The notes under the pieces were generated by a model, which was not told the DNA's origin, ran no database searches, and saw nothing but the letters and a program-made list of their open reading frames with translations. A program made the position numbers and the translations under genes. 64,000 bases of DNA from Candidatus Aquirickettsiella sp. (lineage in GTDB: Bacteria; Pseudomonadota; Gammaproteobacteria; Diplorickettsiales; Diplorickettsiaceae), in NCBI GenBank assembly GCA_036495935.1, contig DASXLX010000054.1:23464-87463 (forward strand), read 5' to 3'. Shown piece by piece: positions 1 through 9,844 of the stretch. The stretch's first letter is position 1; each line of letters opens with the position of its first letter.

Positions 1-454
1 CACCAAAAGCTAAGGCTCCTGCAATGCTTAAACCAAAAGTTTGAAATAAGGATAAAGCAGTTAAAATAATAATCGCGAATTTTGCGATCTGGCTCATTCC
101 ATGGACTAGGGTTTTATCAATAGTTTTGTTTTTATAGGCTTGGAGAAAAGCTTCTTCAGCAAAAGAAGCAAACCTCCATAAAAACCAAGCGAGCAACCCT
201 ATAAAGGCTAAATTCCGAACTAAATGAAATTGAGCAGCGCTAATCCCTTTCCAAGCTATACATAGTGACTCTAACGCATAAAGTATGCCCATAATAGCAA
301 TCAACACCAATACCGGTCTATAAATAGACTCTAGTAATGCAACGCTTAAAATATGGGAATTACGGCCTAAACGTTGTTGATATTTCTGATAGGCAATGGG
401 CAATAAAAAACAGAGTATAGCCGTTATTGCAAGGATAATTAATGCTTTCAGCAT
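1..454 (-). CDS. MscS-family-like mechanosensitive channel, N-terminal part (gene start inside window, 3' end off the left edge)
   Basis: Own translation of the minus strand from ATG at 454: MLKALIILAITAILCFLLPIAYQKY... Hydrophobic helices end in FGLSIAGALAFG, like the start of the MscS pore helix. Absent from the ORF track because no stop lies in the window. Confidence 0.45.
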   Translation of the reverse strand, partial: MLKALIILAITAILCFLLPIAYQKYQQRLGRNSHILSVALLESIYRPVLVLIAIMGILYALESLCIAWKGISAAQFHLVRNLAFIGLLAWFLWRFASFAEEAFLQAYKNKTIDKTLVHGMSQIAKFAIIILTALSLFQTFGLSIAGALAFG

Positions 455-518
455 ACAAAATTGTAGTAAAGTTTTAAATAATGTTTGCAAAAAATTTACC
501 TTTTTTCTGACACATTGA

Positions 519-1157
519 TCAAATTCGATAAGCAACTATAGACATAAATTTAGCCAAGCCTTGCATGCCCCATTGAATTACTAATGGTAAAGGAATAGCT
601 CCAGCATCTTCAGCTGTTAAAGCATGCTCCAGTTCCTCTTTACGCATTTGCTCCACAATTGCACGACTTTTTTTATCCTGTAAAGGCAATTTATTCAAAT
701 GCTTACGCAAGTGCCTTTCTACTTGATGTTCTGTCTCAGCCAAAAAACCTAAGCTCACCTTATCTCCCCCTAAACCGGCAATCAAACCTATTAATAAAGA
801 GCTTATATACCAAATGGGATTCAAATAGCTAACGTGGGTATCTAATTGATGAATACGATGCTGGCACCAATTAAGGTGATCGACCTCTTCTTTCGCGGCT
901 TTTTTTAATTTTAGTTTAGTATCTTTGCAGCGAGCAGTAATCGCTTGGCCGGTATATAGCGCTTGGGCGCAAACTTCACCCACATGGTTTATTCGCATTA
1001 AGCCGCCTGAAAGCTGACGTTCTTTTTTATTTAAGCCGCTATCTTGCGTTGTCAAAATTTCGGCTGGACTTGGGCGAGTAGAAACAGAAGGCTGTATGGA
1101 AGATAACGCTTCATCGATATGAATAATTAACTGATCCCAGAGAGAATAATAGCGCAT
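519..1157 (-). CDS. coq7: Demethoxyubiquinone hydroxylase, Coq7-type di-iron carboxylate protein
   Basis: 212 aa. Two ferritin-like halves with ExxH motifs (ETEHQVERH, EELEHALTA) and HVGEVCAQALYTGQ. Confidence 0.85.
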   Translation of the reverse strand: MRYYSLWDQLIIHIDEALSSIQPSVSTRPSPAEILTTQDSGLNKKERQLSGGLMRINHVGEVCAQALYTGQAITARCKDTKLKLKKAAKEEVDHLNWCQHRIHQLDTHVSYLNPIWYISSLLIGLIAGLGGDKVSLGFLAETEHQVERHLRKHLNKLPLQDKKSRAIVEQMRKEELEHALTAEDAGAIPLPLVIQWGMQGLAKFMSIVAYRI

Positions 1158-1251
1158 TTAATAACCTTTAGAGTGTATAATACTCAATAATTGCAACAAA
1201 ACCAAAAAATACGTTAAGCTTAATAAGCTATTAATTTGATCTCATACATCT

Positions 1252-2604
1252 ATGAAAAAAATATTATACCAATTATTACTCAGTTCCTTACTCGTGATCG
1301 GTGTTTGCCCTTTAAGCTACGCCGGCTGGCCTTTTAGCTTAGCTCATCAAATAAAAAAAGATAGTATCTCTCAGATGTTGCAGCCTATTTTACCGGCTGT
1401 GGTGAATGTTTCTGTTCAAGGGGATATTCCACTCAATCAATTACCACCTCCTGTACCTGGGCATCCTTATCCACGCCATTTTGAAAGCATGGGTTCAGGC
1501 GTTATTGTAGATGCTAAAGCAGGCTATATTTTAACTAACGCACATGTTATTCATGAAGCTAAAACCATTACAGTCACTTTAAGTGATGGTCGTGTTTTTA
1601 AAGCGACGCTAAAAGGTTCAGACCCTGCTTCTGATATTGCCTTACTTACCATTACGCCTGATCATTTAACTGCTATTCCTCTGGGTAATTCGGATAACCT
1701 AAAAGTAGGCGATTTTGTGGCTGCTATAGGAAATCCTTTTGGACTTAATCAAACAGTCACTTCAGGTATTGTCAGCGCATTACAGCGTACTGGATTGGGG
1801 ATAGAAGGTTTTGAGAATTTTATTCAGACCGATGCTCCTATTAATCCAGGTAATTCTGGTGGTGCTTTAATTAATTTGCAAGGACAATTAATGGGGATCA
1901 ACACAGCTATATTGGCGCCGGGATCCAATGCAGGAAACATAGGTATTGGTTTTGCTATTCCTGTTAATATGGCGCACGGTGTTATGAAACAATTAGCTGA
2001 ATATGGTTCAGTAAAACGTGGATTAATGGGTGTGCTAGTCCAAGACTTAACACCTGCACTTGCAACTGCACTGCATATTTCCACAGAGACTAACGGAGCA
2101 TTAGTCTCCCAAGTGCCTAACTACTCACCAGCCCAAACTGCCGGAATTCAAACCGGTGATATTATTCAATCGATTAACGGCATACCCATCCATAATGGCG
2201 GGCAAGTAAAAAATATCGTCGGTATGTTAAGAGTCGGAGATAAAATTAATATTAAACTAGCACGCAGAGGGAAAACCATCAATACAGTAATAACCCTAAC
2301 TGATCCTAAAGATTATAAAAAAGTAGCTGAACATGATAATCCGTTTCTGTATGGATTAGTATTACGTGACTTCAGTCAAACTATTACTGGCCAAGGTCAT
2401 TTGATTGGCGTAGAAGTCGTTGATACAGATGAAGATAGTATGGCCTGGCATGCGGGTATCCGACCTGGAGACGTCATAATATCTGCGAATCAAGTAGATG
2501 TAACTAATGTTGCTCAGCTACAAGAAGTCGCTAAACAAAGTAAACAAGAACTTTTAGTTAACGTATTATCGCGGGGCGGCATTAGATTCGTGGTGATTAA
2601 ATAA
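1252..2604 (+). CDS. Periplasmic serine endoprotease, DegP/DegQ (HtrA) family
   Basis: Signal peptide. Trypsin-like triad contexts TNAHVI, SDIALL, GNSGGAL. Two PDZ-like C-terminal repeats. Confidence 0.9.
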   Translation: MKKILYQLLLSSLLVIGVCPLSYAGWPFSLAHQIKKDSISQMLQPILPAVVNVSVQGDIPLNQLPPPVPGHPYPRHFESMGSGVIVDAKAGYILTNAHVIHEAKTITVTLSDGRVFKATLKGSDPASDIALLTITPDHLTAIPLGNSDNLKVGDFVAAIGNPFGLNQTVTSGIVSALQRTGLGIEGFENFIQTDAPINPGNSGGALINLQGQLMGINTAILAPGSNAGNIGIGFAIPVNMAHGVMKQLAEYGSVKRGLMGVLVQDLTPALATALHISTETNGALVSQVPNYSPAQTAGIQTGDIIQSINGIPIHNGGQVKNIVGMLRVGDKINIKLARRGKTINTVITLTDPKDYKKVAEHDNPFLYGLVLRDFSQTITGQGHLIGVEVVDTDEDSMAWHAGIRPGDVIISANQVDVTNVAQLQEVAKQSKQELLVNVLSRGGIRFVVIK

Positions 2605-2621
2605 AAGGCTCTAATCAATTG

Positions 2622-3995
2622 TCAATTGGTTAGAAATCGATTATTACTGGAAAAATTTGGAATAAGTTCAATAATAAGACCTAACTCATTTTCCTTTGCT
2701 GCAAAACGAGGATCTACATCATATCCAGCCACAGCAATTAGTTCCTTTTGATAGTAAATGAGCGGGACCTTATTGCGCTGCCATGGAGGGATGCCCCATT
2801 CTTGAAATAATTTTTTTAACGGATGAGAACCTTGACGATTGCTTGCATAAAATCTTTCTCCTCCTTGACGAAAAGTCACATCGACTTGCCGTTCATTTAG
2901 TAATGTATAGTTCAATCCTGCGCCAAAAACCTGCTTTGTTGTCAATTGATCCAATGTAGGCAATGTAACTGTCTGACCCAACTTCCATGTAATCAAACCT
3001 CTTTTAAAAATTTTTTCATTTTCTACCAAATTAAGAACATATATATAATCTCTGTAACGACGTAATTGTATATCTCCCCAATTAACTTGCGGAGATGCAT
3101 CCATTCTACTTTCTAATAAAAATTCAATTTGCTGTAATTGTTTCTGACTAGGTAAAGCGCAATGTAACTGCCTTAACCAATAACGTAAAACATTAGTTTG
3201 CCGTTTAGCACTTAGTTTCTGTAAGCTAGAAATAATTATCATATTCGGTGCAGATCCTTGAACCATACACCAATCCTGGTAGGCTATTTCATCAAGCAGT
3301 GAATGGGCTTCAGCTAAATTTGCAGCAGCTCTTGCGATAGTTTTGTCGGCTTGAGGCCAACGTTGCTGAATAAGTGGCAACACTTGATGACGAATATAAT
3401 TACGATTAAAACGTAAATCCATATTGCTATCATCTTCGATCCAAGTTAATTGATGCACTTGAGCATACTCATAAAGCTCTGAACGAGTAAAATCTAGCAA
3501 AGGTCGTATTAGATAGGCTTTTGAAAATACCTGACAAAATGGCATGCTCATTAAGCCTTTTAGACCTGCCCCTCGTAACATTTGTAATAAAAAAGTTTCT
3601 GCTTGATCATTGCGGTGATGCGCTGTTAATAAATAATCACCTGTGGGAATTAGTTTAGCTATGGCTCCATACCGTGCCGCTCGGGCGTATGCTTCTGGGC
3701 TTTCACCAGATTTAGGATGGGCATCTATGTGAACAATATTGCAATAAATACCTAATTTTTCACAGTTATCTTGACAAATATTGGCCCATTTAATGGAATC
3801 AGCATGCCAACCATGATTGATATGGATAACCCGTAAACGTTTTTTAGGGAACATGCAACTTAATGCATGGAGTAAAACTTGCGAATCTAACCCTCCACTA
3901 TAGGCAACCCAAAACCTAGCCGATGTGGGGTATTGTTTTAATAAATACTCAAGTTTTTCGTGTGTAAACATACGCCAACCATACAAAATTTGCAT
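2622..3995 (-). CDS. tilS: tRNA(Ile)-lysidine synthase
   Basis: PP-loop SGGLDS near the N-terminus and TilS-like length and C-terminal domain. The true start may be the internal Met at 3971 (MFTHEKL). Confidence 0.85.
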   Translation of the reverse strand: MQILYGWRMFTHEKLEYLLKQYPTSARFWVAYSGGLDSQVLLHALSCMFPKKRLRVIHINHGWHADSIKWANICQDNCEKLGIYCNIVHIDAHPKSGESPEAYARAARYGAIAKLIPTGDYLLTAHHRNDQAETFLLQMLRGAGLKGLMSMPFCQVFSKAYLIRPLLDFTRSELYEYAQVHQLTWIEDDSNMDLRFNRNYIRHQVLPLIQQRWPQADKTIARAAANLAEAHSLLDEIAYQDWCMVQGSAPNMIIISSLQKLSAKRQTNVLRYWLRQLHCALPSQKQLQQIEFLLESRMDASPQVNWGDIQLRRYRDYIYVLNLVENEKIFKRGLITWKLGQTVTLPTLDQLTTKQVFGAGLNYTLLNERQVDVTFRQGGERFYASNRQGSHPLKKLFQEWGIPPWQRNKVPLIYYQKELIAVAGYDVDPRFAAKENELGLIIELIPNFSSNNRFLTN

Positions 3996-4062
3996 GGGAA
4001 TTGTAAAGCTTAATAGAAATATCTATGAAAAAATGAAATAATGAGGATCAATTAGATTTAAT

Positions 4063-4650
4063 TTATGCGATGGAATGAGCCCATGTCGATTTATTTAAAG
4101 TTTCCCTCCATTGATAGTAGCCTTTGGAACATAGCAGTATAAAGACTAAATAAAGCAACGCTGTTAAATACAAGGTTTTACTAATATACAAATTAATAGA
4201 AATCAAATCGATAATTATCCATAAAACCCAATGCTGTAAATATTTTTTACTCATCATCCATTGAGCAATCAAACTTAATGCTGTAATCGTGGCATCGACA
4301 TAAATAGTTGTAGAATCAGTACTATATTTTAAAATAAAACTAATGCCTGCAAATAAAATAATAGCCGTTGCAAGTAACATCAAGCAAGTTGATAAACTCA
4401 CTATTTGCAGAGCAATTGGCTTGTTTTCTTTACTACCATAGAGCCATTGGTACAGCCCATAAAACTGAAAAAATAAAAAAACTCCCTGTAAACTCATATC
4501 GGCATACAGCTTGATCTTAAAAAAAATGATTGCATACAGAGAAACGGTCAATATCCCAAAAAGCCAATTCCATAAACTACAACGTGTTAAAAGGTAAATA
4601 TTTACTATTCCTGAAGTAAAAGCTATTGCTTCGATAGATATAAGCTTCAT
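4063..4650 (-). CDS. pnuC: Nicotinamide riboside transporter PnuC family
   Basis: 195 aa polytopic membrane protein with the Trp-rich PnuC-like pattern (SLWNWLFGIL, YQWLYG, AQWMMSKK). Confidence 0.7.
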   Translation of the reverse strand: MKLISIEAIAFTSGIVNIYLLTRCSLWNWLFGILTVSLYAIIFFKIKLYADMSLQGVFLFFQFYGLYQWLYGSKENKPIALQIVSLSTCLMLLATAIILFAGISFILKYSTDSTTIYVDATITALSLIAQWMMSKKYLQHWVLWIIIDLISINLYISKTLYLTALLYLVFILLCSKGYYQWRETLNKSTWAHSIA

Positions 4651-4687
4651 ATTTTAATCTTGGATTGGCAGCTATATGCTCTATAAA

Positions 4688-5635
4688 TTAAACACCAATA
4701 GCTAAAATCTTGTTGTAACGCAGTTCGAGTAATTTTTCCATAGAAAAATATTGGATTTGTGCTAATTGCTTAACAAGTTCAATTTTTAGCTGATTAGCCA
4801 TTTCATCAAAATCGGTGTGGGCGCCACCTAAAGGCTCTTGAATCACTGCATCTATCAGCTTGAGTTTATATAAACGATCAGCGTTCATAGCCATCGCTTC
4901 TGCTGCTTCAGACGCTTTTTCAGCACTTTTCCATAAAATAGATGCACATCCCTCCGGGGAAATAACTGAATAAACACTATATTGCAACATCAAAATTCTG
5001 TCTGCCACACCAATGGCTAAAGCTCCTCCCGAACCACCTTCTCCAATTATTGTGGAAATAATAGGTGTCTTTAACTGGGACATCATTTGTAAGTTTTGTG
5101 CAATCGCACCACTTTGGTTACGTTCTTCTGCATCTATACCAGGATAAGCACCGGGTGTATCAATAAAAGTCAGAATGGGCAGTTTAAACCTTTCAGCTAA
5201 TTCCATTAACCGAATTGCTTTACGATAACCTTCTGGTTTAGGCATTCCAAAATTACGTAGAACTTTTTCATTGGTGGTACGCCCTTTTTGCTGACCCATG
5301 ATAACAACCGGTTGATCCGCTAAATAAGCAATTCCACCGATAATAGAAGGATCATCTGAAAATTCTCTATCACCATGTAGTTCATCAAAATCAGAAAAAA
5401 TTCTGCTAATATAATCTGAAAAATAAGGCCGTTGTGGATGACGAGCCAATTGAACTATCTGCCAAGCATTTAAGGACTGAAAAATAGATTCTGTTAATTC
5501 TATTTTCTTTTGTTCTAAACGTTTAATTTCTTCGTTGACATTAAGATCGGCATCGTTACCCAATTTACGTAGCTCTTCTATTTTTGCCCCAAGCTCTGCA
5601 ATGGGTTGTTCAAAATCCAAAAACTTAAAGTGCAT
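4688..5635 (-). CDS. accA: Acetyl-CoA carboxylase carboxyltransferase alpha subunit
   Basis: [23 protein letters not shown]... and [12 protein letters not shown], a full-length AccA pattern. Confidence 0.95.
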   Translation of the reverse strand: MHFKFLDFEQPIAELGAKIEELRKLGNDADLNVNEEIKRLEQKKIELTESIFQSLNAWQIVQLARHPQRPYFSDYISRIFSDFDELHGDREFSDDPSIIGGIAYLADQPVVIMGQQKGRTTNEKVLRNFGMPKPEGYRKAIRLMELAERFKLPILTFIDTPGAYPGIDAEERNQSGAIAQNLQMMSQLKTPIISTIIGEGGSGGALAIGVADRILMLQYSVYSVISPEGCASILWKSAEKASEAAEAMAMNADRLYKLKLIDAVIQEPLGGAHTDFDEMANQLKIELVKQLAQIQYFSMEKLLELRYNKILAIGV

Positions 5636-5637
5636 AG

Positions 5638-5934
5638 CTACTCACTTTTTGTTGCATCAGAAGCTTCTGATATGAGTTCATTTTCAAACTCATAATCGAA
5701 TTCCTCTCGTAATCGTCGTTGCTCTAAATAATCTTCAATAGCTCGGCGCTTTTCAAGCGAAAATCGAACAGGCGAGACTTTTGCTTTCTTATTTAATGCA
5801 TCTAAGGCCAATTCTTCAGGCCATGTATCTAATTCTTCATCTTCAATATCTAAGATATTAGGTGGCAATTCAGTATCACTACTTCCATCACCATCATCTT
5901 CTTCTAATAAAGCCTCTGTTTCTTTATACTCCAT
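5638..5934 (-). CDS. Small acidic hypothetical protein, co-oriented 3 nt upstream of accA
   Basis: 98 aa. Strongly acidic N-terminal half, then a basic/acidic helix [23 protein letters not shown]. No family assigned with confidence. Confidence 0.55.
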   Translation of the reverse strand: MEYKETEALLEEDDGDGSSDTELPPNILDIEDEELDTWPEELALDALNKKAKVSPVRFSLEKRRAIEDYLEQRRLREEFDYEFENELISEASDATKSE

Positions 5935-6006
5935 AGATCCTACCTATTAAATAAAGCAGCCTATTTTTAGCGCTTACTTTAGTGGGTATAATACCCATTT
6001 GGCAAG

Positions 6007-6096
6007 TATACTCTTTACACTTGAATTTTTGTCTGTATTGCTGCTCAACTCGCATCCTAGCCACAGCAAATAACAAAGTCCAATTACAAGAGTATA
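6007..6096. repeat. Family A MITE-like element, short palindromic copy (A3)
   Basis: The first ~52 nt (tatactctttacacttgaatttttgtctgtattgctgctcaactcgcatcct) align with the left arm of A1 at 11035. It ends ...caattacaagagtata, the inverse of its own start. TA on both flanks. Confidence 0.7.
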
Positions 6097-6112
6097 GAAT
6101 CTCCATCCTGTT

Positions 6113-6703
6113 ATGAATAAAATTTTACCTCTAATCAAAAACATTCGTGAGTGTCGACTCTGTGCCAATCACTTACCTTTAACTCCCAGACCCATACTAC
6201 AAGCACACAATCTGAGTCGTTTACTTATCGTTGGTCAAGCACCAGGAATTCGTGTACATAACACAGGAATTCCTTGGAACGATCCTAGTGGAGATCGTTT
6301 ACGGCACTGGTTACAACTTGATAAAAAAACATTTTATGATACAAATCAAATTGCCATCATTCCCATGGGTTTCTGCTATCCAGGAACAGGACCTTCGGGC
6401 GATTTACCTCCGCGAAAAGAATGTGCAAGTACTTGGTTACCTAAACTTTTAGCTATTCTTCCAAACATTCAACTAATCTTATTAATTGGTCAGTATGCAC
6501 AAAAACATTATTTGGGTAGTCGTACTAAAGCAAATTTAACAGAAACTGTAGCTGCCTACACAGATTATCTTCCGAAATATTTTCCATTACCACATCCCTC
6601 ACCCCGCAATAATATTTGGTTAAAGCGAAATTCATGGTTTGAAAAAATCACCGTCCCAGCTTTACGTGTCGCATGTACTACCGTACTAAGTACATCTCCT
6701 TAG
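6113..6703 (+). CDS. Uracil-DNA glycosylase superfamily protein (non-Ung family)
   Basis: CRLC near the N-terminus, GQAPG motif (family 4/5-like GEAPG position), C-terminal HPSPRN motif. Confidence 0.7.
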   Translation: MNKILPLIKNIRECRLCANHLPLTPRPILQAHNLSRLLIVGQAPGIRVHNTGIPWNDPSGDRLRHWLQLDKKTFYDTNQIAIIPMGFCYPGTGPSGDLPPRKECASTWLPKLLAILPNIQLILLIGQYAQKHYLGSRTKANLTETVAAYTDYLPKYFPLPHPSPRNNIWLKRNSWFEKITVPALRVACTTVLSTSP

Positions 6704-6761
6704 AGATTATTAGCTTATACACGAATTCCTAATCGAATTCATATGCCTGACGATTAAAAAA

Positions 6762-7226
6762 TTAATCTTTTTGATCCTCCACCTTTATTTTTTTAGCCGC
6801 AGCTTTATCCCTTTTAGGAATAATGATTCTAAGTACCCCCTGCTTTCCTTCTGCTGTTATCTTATCGGCGTTTGCAGTATCAGGCAAAGCAAAGCGGCGA
6901 TAAAAGCTTCCTTTGGATCGTTCAATTCGTGTATATCCTTCATTTTCTTCGGTGTGGATCGCAACTCTTTCGCCTTTAATTGTTAATATTCCATTTTCCA
7001 TTGAAATTTCAATATCTTTCGGATCAACGCCTGGAATATCTGCAAAAAGCACAAAACGAGTAGGCTCTTCTTTGATATCCACTGCAGGTGCCCAATGACT
7101 AGTTTCTACCATGGAACTATCTTCAATAAGTTGGTGACTGGGATCAAACAATTGATCCCATTCTTGCGATAGACGGTGTAATTGGTGTAATAAAGAAGGG
7201 GATCTGTATCGTATAATATTTGACAT
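6762..7226 (-). CDS. Small heat-shock protein, Hsp20/alpha-crystallin (IbpA-like)
   Basis: 154 aa. Alpha-crystallin core WAPAVDIKEE..FVLFADIPGV..GILTIKGER..ERSKGSFYRRFALP. Confidence 0.9.
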   Translation of the reverse strand: MSNIIRYRSPSLLHQLHRLSQEWDQLFDPSHQLIEDSSMVETSHWAPAVDIKEEPTRFVLFADIPGVDPKDIEISMENGILTIKGERVAIHTEENEGYTRIERSKGSFYRRFALPDTANADKITAEGKQGVLRIIIPKRDKAAAKKIKVEDQKD

Positions 7227-7311
7227 AAACTATTTTCCTCCTTGTAAAGTTATTAGTTTAACTCAAAAAGACTCATTTGATCACTTTAATGATTACTTCA
7301 GCTTTTTTCCA

Positions 7312-7325
7312 GAAATTCGAATTTC
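7312..7325. promoter_or_regulatory. Perfect 14-bp palindrome GAAATTCGAATTTC upstream of the hsp20 gene, overlapping a CTTGAAA (sigma-32 -35-like) word on the minus strand
   Basis: Read directly. Minus strand reads gtCTTGAAATTCGAATTTCtgg about 95 nt upstream of the hsp20 ATG. No matching CCCCAT-type -10 was seen. Confidence 0.3.
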
Positions 7326-7412
7326 AAGACAGATAAAGCAGCTGTTTAATAGAGATACTTGCTTATTTCTGGTAAAGTAAAAACTTTCTTATTTTTATTT
7401 TAAAACATAGTT

Positions 7413-7733
7413 ATGTCCTATTATCAACATCATATCTTCATGTGTACTAATCTACGGGAAAATAATAAAGATTGTTGCGCTAAACGCGGCGCCAAATCCT
7501 TATTTGCTTATCTAAAAAATAAGATAAAACAACTGACTGAAAATCAGCAACAAAAAATTCGAGCAAGCCATTCCGGGTGTCTAGGACGGTGTAGTTTAGG
7601 GCCAATATTGGTGATTTACCCTGAAAGCGCCTGGTATCACTATGAAACACAACATGATATTGACGAGATTATTGAACAACACCTAGTTAAACAACAAATA
7701 GCACATCGATTACTATTACCTAATGCAAAATAA
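7413..7733 (+). CDS. Thioredoxin-like [2Fe-2S] ferredoxin domain protein
   Basis: 106 aa with Cys pattern FMCTN..DCCAKRG..SGCLGRCSLGP. Confidence 0.7.
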   Translation: MSYYQHHIFMCTNLRENNKDCCAKRGAKSLFAYLKNKIKQLTENQQQKIRASHSGCLGRCSLGPILVIYPESAWYHYETQHDIDEIIEQHLVKQQIAHRLLLPNAK

Positions 7734-8628
7734 TTTAGATCTGATACATCCTCGTTATTGGCCTACTTGGTTAGGATTAGGAATTCTATATCTCATAAGC
7801 AAATTTCCTTATAGGCTACAACTCCAATTTGGTAAAAATTTAGGTCGAATTTCCTATTATTTATTTAAAAAATTTCGACGTATTGCAGAAATTAATCTGA
7901 AACTTTGTTTTCCTGAATTATCCAATGAAGAGCGAGAAAGTTTACTTAAAAAACAATTTCAATCCTTAGGAATGGGGCTCATTGAGTCTGCCATGGCGTG
8001 GTGGATGCCCGATCATAAACTAGATTCTCTAATTCATGTACAAGGCTTAGAATATTTGCAAGAAGCACTCGCCAAAAAAAAAGGTGTACTTATTTTAAGT
8101 GCCCATTTTACATCTTTGGATATCTGTGGGCGTCTTTTTTCTAATATTTTTCCGATGTATGTTGTTTACCGTGAACAAAAGAACCGAGTCATCGATAGAC
8201 TATTAAAACAACATCGTAATTTTAACTGGATGCAACCTATACATCGCCATGCTATTCGCCAAATTATTAAAATTTTGAAACAAAACAAAGCTATTTGGTA
8301 TGCTGCCGATCAAGACTATGGGCCTACGCACAGCATTTTTCCGCCATTTTTTAAAATTTCTACTGCTACCATCTCAACACCAAGTCGCTATGCCAATCGA
8401 ACTGAAGCACAAGTTGTAACCCTATTTTATCATCGCCTTCCAAAAGGAAAAGGTTATCAAATAACTATCGGACCTATTTTAGAAAGTTTTGGTCAGGGAG
8501 ATGACTACCAAGATATGCTGCGTTTCAACCAATTGTTAGAACAAGCTGTTCGTGCCCACCCCGATCAATATCTTTGGATACATCGACGCTTTAAAACACG
8601 CCCCCAAAATGATCCGTATCTCTATTAA
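7723..8628 (+). CDS. Lipid A biosynthesis late acyltransferase (LpxL/LpxM/HtrB family)
   Basis: 301 aa. N-terminal anchor, H-x4-D motif (SAHFTSLD). Overlaps the previous gene by 11 nt. Confidence 0.8.
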   Translation: MQNNLDLIHPRYWPTWLGLGILYLISKFPYRLQLQFGKNLGRISYYLFKKFRRIAEINLKLCFPELSNEERESLLKKQFQSLGMGLIESAMAWWMPDHKLDSLIHVQGLEYLQEALAKKKGVLILSAHFTSLDICGRLFSNIFPMYVVYREQKNRVIDRLLKQHRNFNWMQPIHRHAIRQIIKILKQNKAIWYAADQDYGPTHSIFPPFFKISTATISTPSRYANRTEAQVVTLFYHRLPKGKGYQITIGPILESFGQGDDYQDMLRFNQLLEQAVRAHPDQYLWIHRRFKTRPQNDPYLY

Positions 8629-8636
8629 AAATAAAT

Positions 8637-9836
8637 ATGCGCAATAAACTTATCGGCGGCATTTTACTTATCATTGGCACCAGTATTGGAGGAGGAATGT
8701 TAGCCCTGCCAATTGCTACTGCACAATTAGGCTTTATAAATGCACTAATTTTTTTAGTATTGTGTTGGGCTATAATGACCGCCGCTGCGTTGCTTATTTT
8801 AGAAGTTAATCTTTGGCATAGTGTAAACAGCAATTTAATTAGTATGGCTAAAACCACCCTAGGTAAGTTTGGTCAAGCCATTGCCTGGTTTAGCTATCTT
8901 TTATTGTTATATGCTTTATTAGCTGCTTATATTGCGGGTGGCAGCGATTTCTTACAACATCTACTATTAACATTTCATTTGCACCTACCCACAAAACTTT
9001 CCACATTATTATTTGCAGGATTATTAAGCCTAATCGTTTATAAAGGATTAGGCTCGGTCGATTATGTTAACAGAGCTCTAATGTCTAGCAAACTATTAGC
9101 CTTTATTTTATTAGTGATTTGTATTTTTCCTTTTATTTCTTTTCATTACTTATTTAGCTTGGAAAATGCATATCAGCTTAGTGTTATTCTAAGTAGTACG
9201 ACAGTTATTATGACCTCATTTGGATTTGCAATAATTGTTCCAAGTTTACGTAGCTATTTTAGTAATGATTTATTTATGTTACGTAGAGCTATTCTTATTG
9301 GCAGCTTAATTCCATTATTCTGCTATATTTTGTGGGAATTAACTATTATGGGCGCCATACCCACACATGGAAATTTAGGTTTACTATTCATGTACCATTC
9401 GGGACATTCCACTAGCGATTTAATATCTGCCTTGAATCATTTACTGGATAATAGATTAGTTAATTTTTTAGCAAAAATCTTTACATCCATATGTTTTGCT
9501 ACTTCTTTTTTAGGAGTTGCTTTAAGTCTATTTGATTTTTTTAGTGATGGATTACAAATTGAAAAAAAAGGTTTAAAGAAGTTGGTTCTTTATGCACTTA
9601 CTTTTTCCCCTCCGTTATTCATCGCCAATCATTATCCTCAAGCTTTCATTATGGCTTTATCTTATGCAGGGGTTCTTTGTGCCATTTTATTAATACTTCT
9701 TCCCGCTATGATGGCATGGAATGGACGGTATATTAAAAAATGTGCTTTAGGATATCAAGTTGCTGGAGGAAAGCTTTTATTACTTAGTTTAATGATAATA
9801 GCATTATTTATTATTATTTTAAGCTTCATTTACTAA
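8637..9836 (+). CDS. Aromatic amino acid permease, TyrP/Mtr/TnaB (HAAAP) family, copy 1
   Basis: 399 aa, ~11 TM. N-terminal GTSIGGGMLALPIATAQLGF signature. Confidence 0.8.
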   Translation: MRNKLIGGILLIIGTSIGGGMLALPIATAQLGFINALIFLVLCWAIMTAAALLILEVNLWHSVNSNLISMAKTTLGKFGQAIAWFSYLLLLYALLAAYIAGGSDFLQHLLLTFHLHLPTKLSTLLFAGLLSLIVYKGLGSVDYVNRALMSSKLLAFILLVICIFPFISFHYLFSLENAYQLSVILSSTTVIMTSFGFAIIVPSLRSYFSNDLFMLRRAILIGSLIPLFCYILWELTIMGAIPTHGNLGLLFMYHSGHSTSDLISALNHLLDNRLVNFLAKIFTSICFATSFLGVALSLFDFFSDGLQIEKKGLKKLVLYALTFSPPLFIANHYPQAFIMALSYAGVLCAILLILLPAMMAWNGRYIKKCALGYQVAGGKLLLLSLMIIALFIIILSFIY

Positions 9837-9844
9837 CAAATCCT

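Noticed and set aside
5924-6168. Track ORFs 5924..6106 and 5974..6168 (minus) between the acidic-protein gene and the UDG-family gene
   Set aside because: They lie across MITE copy A3 and the divergent promoter region. They have low-complexity, Cys/Trp/Leu-rich translations with no RBS, so they are artefacts of the repeat.
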